This document shows positions 58,446 through 64,000 of a stretch of DNA of 64,000 bases, piece by piece (positions within the stretch are counted from its first letter, which is position 1; every line of letters starts with the position of its first letter). The notes under the pieces are model-generated. The model had not been told where the DNA came from. It made no database searches and saw nothing but the letters and a program-made list of their open reading frames with translations. The stretch comes from the human T2T-CHM13v2.0 reference genome, Homo sapiens: the NCBI RefSeq assembly GCF_009914755.1, contig NC_060926.1. One strand, given 5' to 3'. The position numbers and the translations under genes are program-made.

Positions 58446-59936
58446 AAACATATTCTCAGTGTGTATGTCTGTGTGTCTGTGTGTCGTTATTCAGTGGGAA
58501 TTACCACTTCTGAATGTGTATCACTTTTGCACCATCTTAAAGTTGAAAGATTGTAAGTTGAAAGTCAATTATGGAGTAAGGGAGGTGGGAAGATGGCATG
58601 AGGCCAGATTTAACCCTGTCTGAAAATATATGAAGTCATGTTTTTTAAGGCAGTAGCCACTAGGCTTCAATGTACAGTGATCTTTGAGAGATGAGCCATA
58701 ATACTGCCCCAGCCTACTAGACTGAGGGAGTTTTCGGGGAACACCAGGGGAAAGGCATTCCAGTCAGATCCTGGTGGATTCCTTGAGTTGAAGAACTGAG
58801 TTGCAATTGGGAGAATCTGAAGTGTCTAGACTTTCAGGACAGAATACTGAAGAGGAGAGGGCTGTACAGAGAGAGAATTCTGGAGATCTTCAGCAAGTCC
58901 TCCTTTTGTAATCAGCTGAGTACTGATCAGTGTGTACATGTGAGGAAGAGACCTGAGGCTGGTGAAAGAGCCACTCAAAAGGATTAGAAGGGAATGTGCT
59001 GAGTATTCACATACGTTTGGGTCTAACAAATGTTTACACCAGCAAGACTGGAAAATCTCATAAATTAGGAGGTACTGGAGATAGGATGAGACTCTTACCT
59101 TAGTACTGGGAAATGATTAGCCCCAGAATGATTACCAGTTTTGTCCTGCCTGACAAATTGTAGCAAGACTCAAAAGGATGAAGCTGTTTCAAGTAACTTA
59201 ACTGTGTCACAGAACAAAGCTTATGAATATTTATAGAAATACCAAAATAACCAGAACCTAACACAGCAGAATACACAGTGTCTGGCATCCAATCACAAAT
59301 TACCAGGTAAGCAAAGAAGCAGGAAATTATGACTCATAATAAGGACACAAAGCAATCAATCAAAACTAATTTTAGAATGGACACAAATGTTAAAATTAGC
59401 AAAGACATTAAGATAGCTTTATGACTGTATTCTAGATGTTTTAATAAGTCAAATAGAGCCATAGAAGAAATTTAAAAGACTCAAACTAATTCCTAGAGAT
59501 GGAAACTACAATGTCTGCTGTGAAAAATATACTGGATGGGACTAGTGGTAGATTCGCCATGATAGGAGAAGTAGATTAGTGAACTTCAAGACACAGCAAT
59601 AAAAACATCATGATGGAGCAGAAAAAAAATCCAAACCTTTGAAAAGAGCTTCATTGAGCTGTGGGACAATGTCAACTAGCATAAAAAAAATTTTGAAGAA
59701 ATAATAGCTAGAAATATTCTGAATTTGATGAAGACTATAAAACCGGAGATCAAAGAAGTGAAACAAACTGAGCATAAGAAACATAAAGAAAATTCCACCG
59801 AAGAATATATTATAATCTTATAGTTCAAGATCAAGGATAACCATAATACTTTAGAAGCAGTCAGAGGGGAAAAATACATTGTGTACAGTGTAAAAAAGAT
59901 ATGGAAACAGTATATTTCTCATTTAAAGCAATATAA

Positions 59937-60268
59937 GGCTAGGCATGGTGGCTTATGTCTGTAATCACAGCACTTTGGGAGGCTGTGGTCGGAGGATGGC
60001 TTGAGGCCAGGAGTTTGTGAGCAGCTTGGGCAACATTGTAAGACACCATCTCTACAAATAATGATGATAATAATAATAATAATAAACTAGCTGTGTGTGG
60101 TGGTACATGCCTGTACTCTGAGCTGCTCAGAAGGCTGAGGGGCTGAGGCAGGAGGATAGTTGGATCCCATGAGTTCAAGGCTGCAAAGAGCTATGTTCAC
60201 ACCACTGCACTCTAGCCTGGGTGACAGGGTGAGACTCTGTCTCAATAAATAAATAAAAATAAAATAAT
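59937..60268 (+). mobile_element. AluJo-type with (AAT)n linker
   Basis: ggaggatggcttgaggccaggagttt; gagttcaaggctgca. Confidence 0.9.
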
Positions 60269-60582
60269 ACAAGAGAGAAATCAGTGGAATTACATTTTTA
60301 AAATGCTGAAAGAAAAATCAATGTAAACTTTTATACTCAGCAAAAAATAATTTAAAAAATAAAGGAAACATAAAGCATTTTCCCAGACATACAAAAGGTG
60401 AAAAAATCAATAATATCTTGCCCATTACAAAAACAGTATTCAAATATATATTTTATGATGAAGAAAAATGACATTAGATTGAAATATGCATCAACATATG
60501 TGAATGAAGGGCAAAGAAAATGGTAGCTATAAGAGTAAATAGGTAAGAATTTTATCAAGTCTCTTGAAAATATTGAGTGTTT

Positions 60583-60882
<300 letters not shown>

Positions 60883-63800
60883 AATATTGAGTGTTTAAAC
60901 AAAAATAATAACATCATGGTATAGAGTTTATTAAATATATAAAAGTAAAATGTATGCCAGTTGAATAAGTCCATAAGAATAGAAATGTCAGTGCCCTATT
61001 TTAAGATTCCTATCTTACAAAGTGGTATAGTATCACTCGAAAGTGTAGTGTGATAAGGTTAAAAACATACTATAAATTTGAAAGTAGTTGTTAAAATGAT
61101 GAACTAAACAATGTTAATAAGCCAACAAAGAAAATAAAATGCAATTTAAAAAGTATTTAATTCAAAAGAAGGCAGAAAAAGAGTTTTCAAGGGAACAAAG
61201 AATAGATGGGCCAAAGTAAAAACAAATAACAAGATGATAGACTTAAATTTAATCATGTCAACGATTACATTGAACATAACTGGTTTAAAACAATCCAATT
61301 AAAGAGCAGAGAGTATCAGATTGTATATAAAGGCAAAGCCGAAGTGTATACTTTGTATAAGAAACACAATTTAAAGATAGAAATAGGTAAAAGGATGGAA
61401 AAAAGATATACCATGATAACACCAAAGGAAAATTGGAATGACTACACGAATATTAGAAAAAGTAGATTTCAGAGCCAGTATTATTACTAGGGATAAAGAA
61501 GTTCATTTCATAGTGATATAGAGATCAGAAGAACATTTTACATATGCACCTCATAAAAAAGCATTAGAATATGTGGCACATAAACTGATGGAACTGCAAG
61601 GAGAAACAGAAAAATTTACATTATAATCAGAAATCTTAGTGCTTAATTGAATGGAGCAAGTAGACAGAAAATCAGCGGGGACATAGAAGACTTGAACAAT
61701 GCCATCAGCTAACTGGACCTAATCGATGTTTATAGAACACTCCACTCAATAACTGCAGAATACATACATTTTTCCAAATACAAACAGGTAATTTTCCAAG
61801 ATAGACCATATTGTAGTAAATAAAACAAATTTCAATAAAATAAAAATAATTTAAGGCATAAACTGGTAAGTTGATTACTGATAAGTATATTCTCAGACAA
61901 CAATGGAAGTAAATTAGAAATCAATAACAAATCTGGAAAATCCCCCAAATATTTGGGTGGCAAATAATATATTTGTAAATATCCGTGTGCCAAAGAACAA
62001 CTCTAAAAGGAAATTATAAAATGTTTTAAGTTGAATGAAAATTAAAACACAAGATATGCACATTTCTGGGATGCTTCTGAAATTGCACTTAGAAGGGCAA
62101 CTCAGCACCCAACACATATAAGAAAAAAGAAATATCTCAAATTAATTGATTCAGTTTCACCTTAATAATCTAGAAAAAGAAGGGCAAATTAAACTAAATG
62201 TAAACAAAAGCAGGGCAAAAATAATCAAAGTGGAAATCAGTTAGGTAGAAAAGAAAAACAGCAGAGAAAATCAGTGAAAACAAAGGCAGGTTGTTTTTTT
62301 TTAATTAAATCTGATAAATTTAGTAAGTCTCTAGCCAGACTTAGAGGGGGGCGAAAAGTAGAAAGATTCAAATTAGCAGCAGGAGGCATGAGAGTGGTTT
62401 CATCATGAACAGGTCTTCAGGTATGACAAGGATAATAGAATATTTTGAAAAACTATATGCCTATAAGTTGGACAACTTAGGTGGAATGGGAAAATTCTTT
62501 CAAGGTCACAGACTACCAAAGCTCACTCAAGAAGAATAGATAACTGAATAGCTCTCTATCTCTTAAAAAAGGAATTTGTAGTTAGAAATCTTCCTACAAA
62601 GAAAACTTTATGTGATGTGGCTTTATCATTGACTTTGCCCAAACATGTAAAGAAGAAATGATGCCAGTTCTATACAATTATCTTACAGAATTGAAGATAA
62701 GGTAGTCATTTTTATCTCATTCTATATGGCCAGCATTACCTGATGCCAAATTTTAGGGTGAAAATACCAAAAGAAAATACAAAACATGGAAGTATTCTTC
62801 ATGAACATAACATGCAAAATGCTAAACCAAGTGTACCAGATTGAATCCAACAATATAGAAAAATGTGACTATATCATGACTAAGTGAGATTTATTTCAGG
62901 AATGCAAAGGTAGTTTGCTATTTGGAAACCAATTAGTGTAATCATTATATTAAAAATGATTAAAGTGAAACTACATGATCACCTTAGTGGAACAGCAAAA
63001 AGCATTTGAAAACTTATATTCATTCATTATAAAATTCTCAGCCAATTAGAAACAGAGGGAACTTCTTCAACCAATAAAGAACATCTACATAAATCCTTCA
63101 GCAAATATAAACTTAATGTTAAAAGACAGATGAGTCTTATATTTTCCTTTGGATCAGGGACAAAATGTAGATGTCCACTCTCCTTGATTTTATTCAGTAT
63201 TGTTCTGGAGGACTTAGCCAGTATAATTAGGGAGGAACAAAATATGTAGATTGGAAAGCATACTAATTTGGAGAAAATGGGGTTGTCTGTGAAAAAAATC
63301 TGGTGAGATCAAGGAAAAATCTACTAGAATAATAAGTGACTTTTGCGAAGTTGTGGTATACAGAAGAAATCAAAAATTGATATTTAAAAATTAATATTTA
63401 TAATAGCATCAAAACATATGAGTTACTTAGAGGTAAATCTGACAAAAGAAGTGCATAATCTGTACACCAAAAATTATACAATATTGCTGAACAAAAGCAA
63501 AGATCTAAGTAAACAAATAAACTCTGTTTATAGATATAAAAACCCAATATTATTAAGCTGTTAATTCTCCTAGAATTAAGGCTGTCAGATAACATATACG
63601 ACAGCCAGTTATTTTTAAATTTTCTGTAAAAAACTAATTTTTAGCATAAGTATATTCATCTTATGGTTTTATGTGCTGTATCTGTTCACCCTACTTCAAA
63701 TTGATTATATGCAATCTCAATCAAAATTCCAGTAAGATTTTTGGCAAAAATTGACAAGCTCATTTGATAATTTACATGGAAATTCCAAGGATCCGGGAAT

Positions 63801-64000
63801 GCAAAAATAACTTCGGAAAGGTATAAGTATGTTGGAGGACTAACAGTATGTGACTCAAGACTTACTATAAAGGTACAGTAATTTTGCCAATGTGGTGTTG
63901 ACATCAAGCTAGACAAATAGACCATAAGAAAATAGAAAGTCCAGGAATAGACCAGCATGCATATGGATAACTGATCTTTGAGAAAGGTGCAAAGGCAGTT

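Overview
Repeat-rich primate genomic DNA, human or close ape given the AluY, THE1D, L1PA and MER61 elements. I see no intact protein-coding exon, RNA gene, CpG island or CRISPR-like array. The main content is two old, decayed processed pseudogenes on the - strand. One is a ZNF10/KOX1-type KRAB zinc-finger retrocopy (~700-3120). The other is a GNA13 retrocopy (~27185-30067) split by an L1PA15-type insertion with a clear TSD. The rest is LTR/ERV, L1, L2, L3, MIR, Alu and DNA-transposon fossils, several of them nested. From memory only, this may be the GNA13P1 locus in a large CTNNA2 intron on 2p12; I have not verified that. The least-explained structures are locally templated insertions: a 245-bp copy with 16-bp inverted ends at 37.5 kb, and a three-donor patchwork at 58.1-58.6 kb. 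Both look like fossil template-switch/DSB-repair scars. I cannot support a new functional biological system here. Family calls, parent-protein comparisons and identity counts are by eye against remembered consensus sequences and need RepeatMasker/BLAST confirmation.
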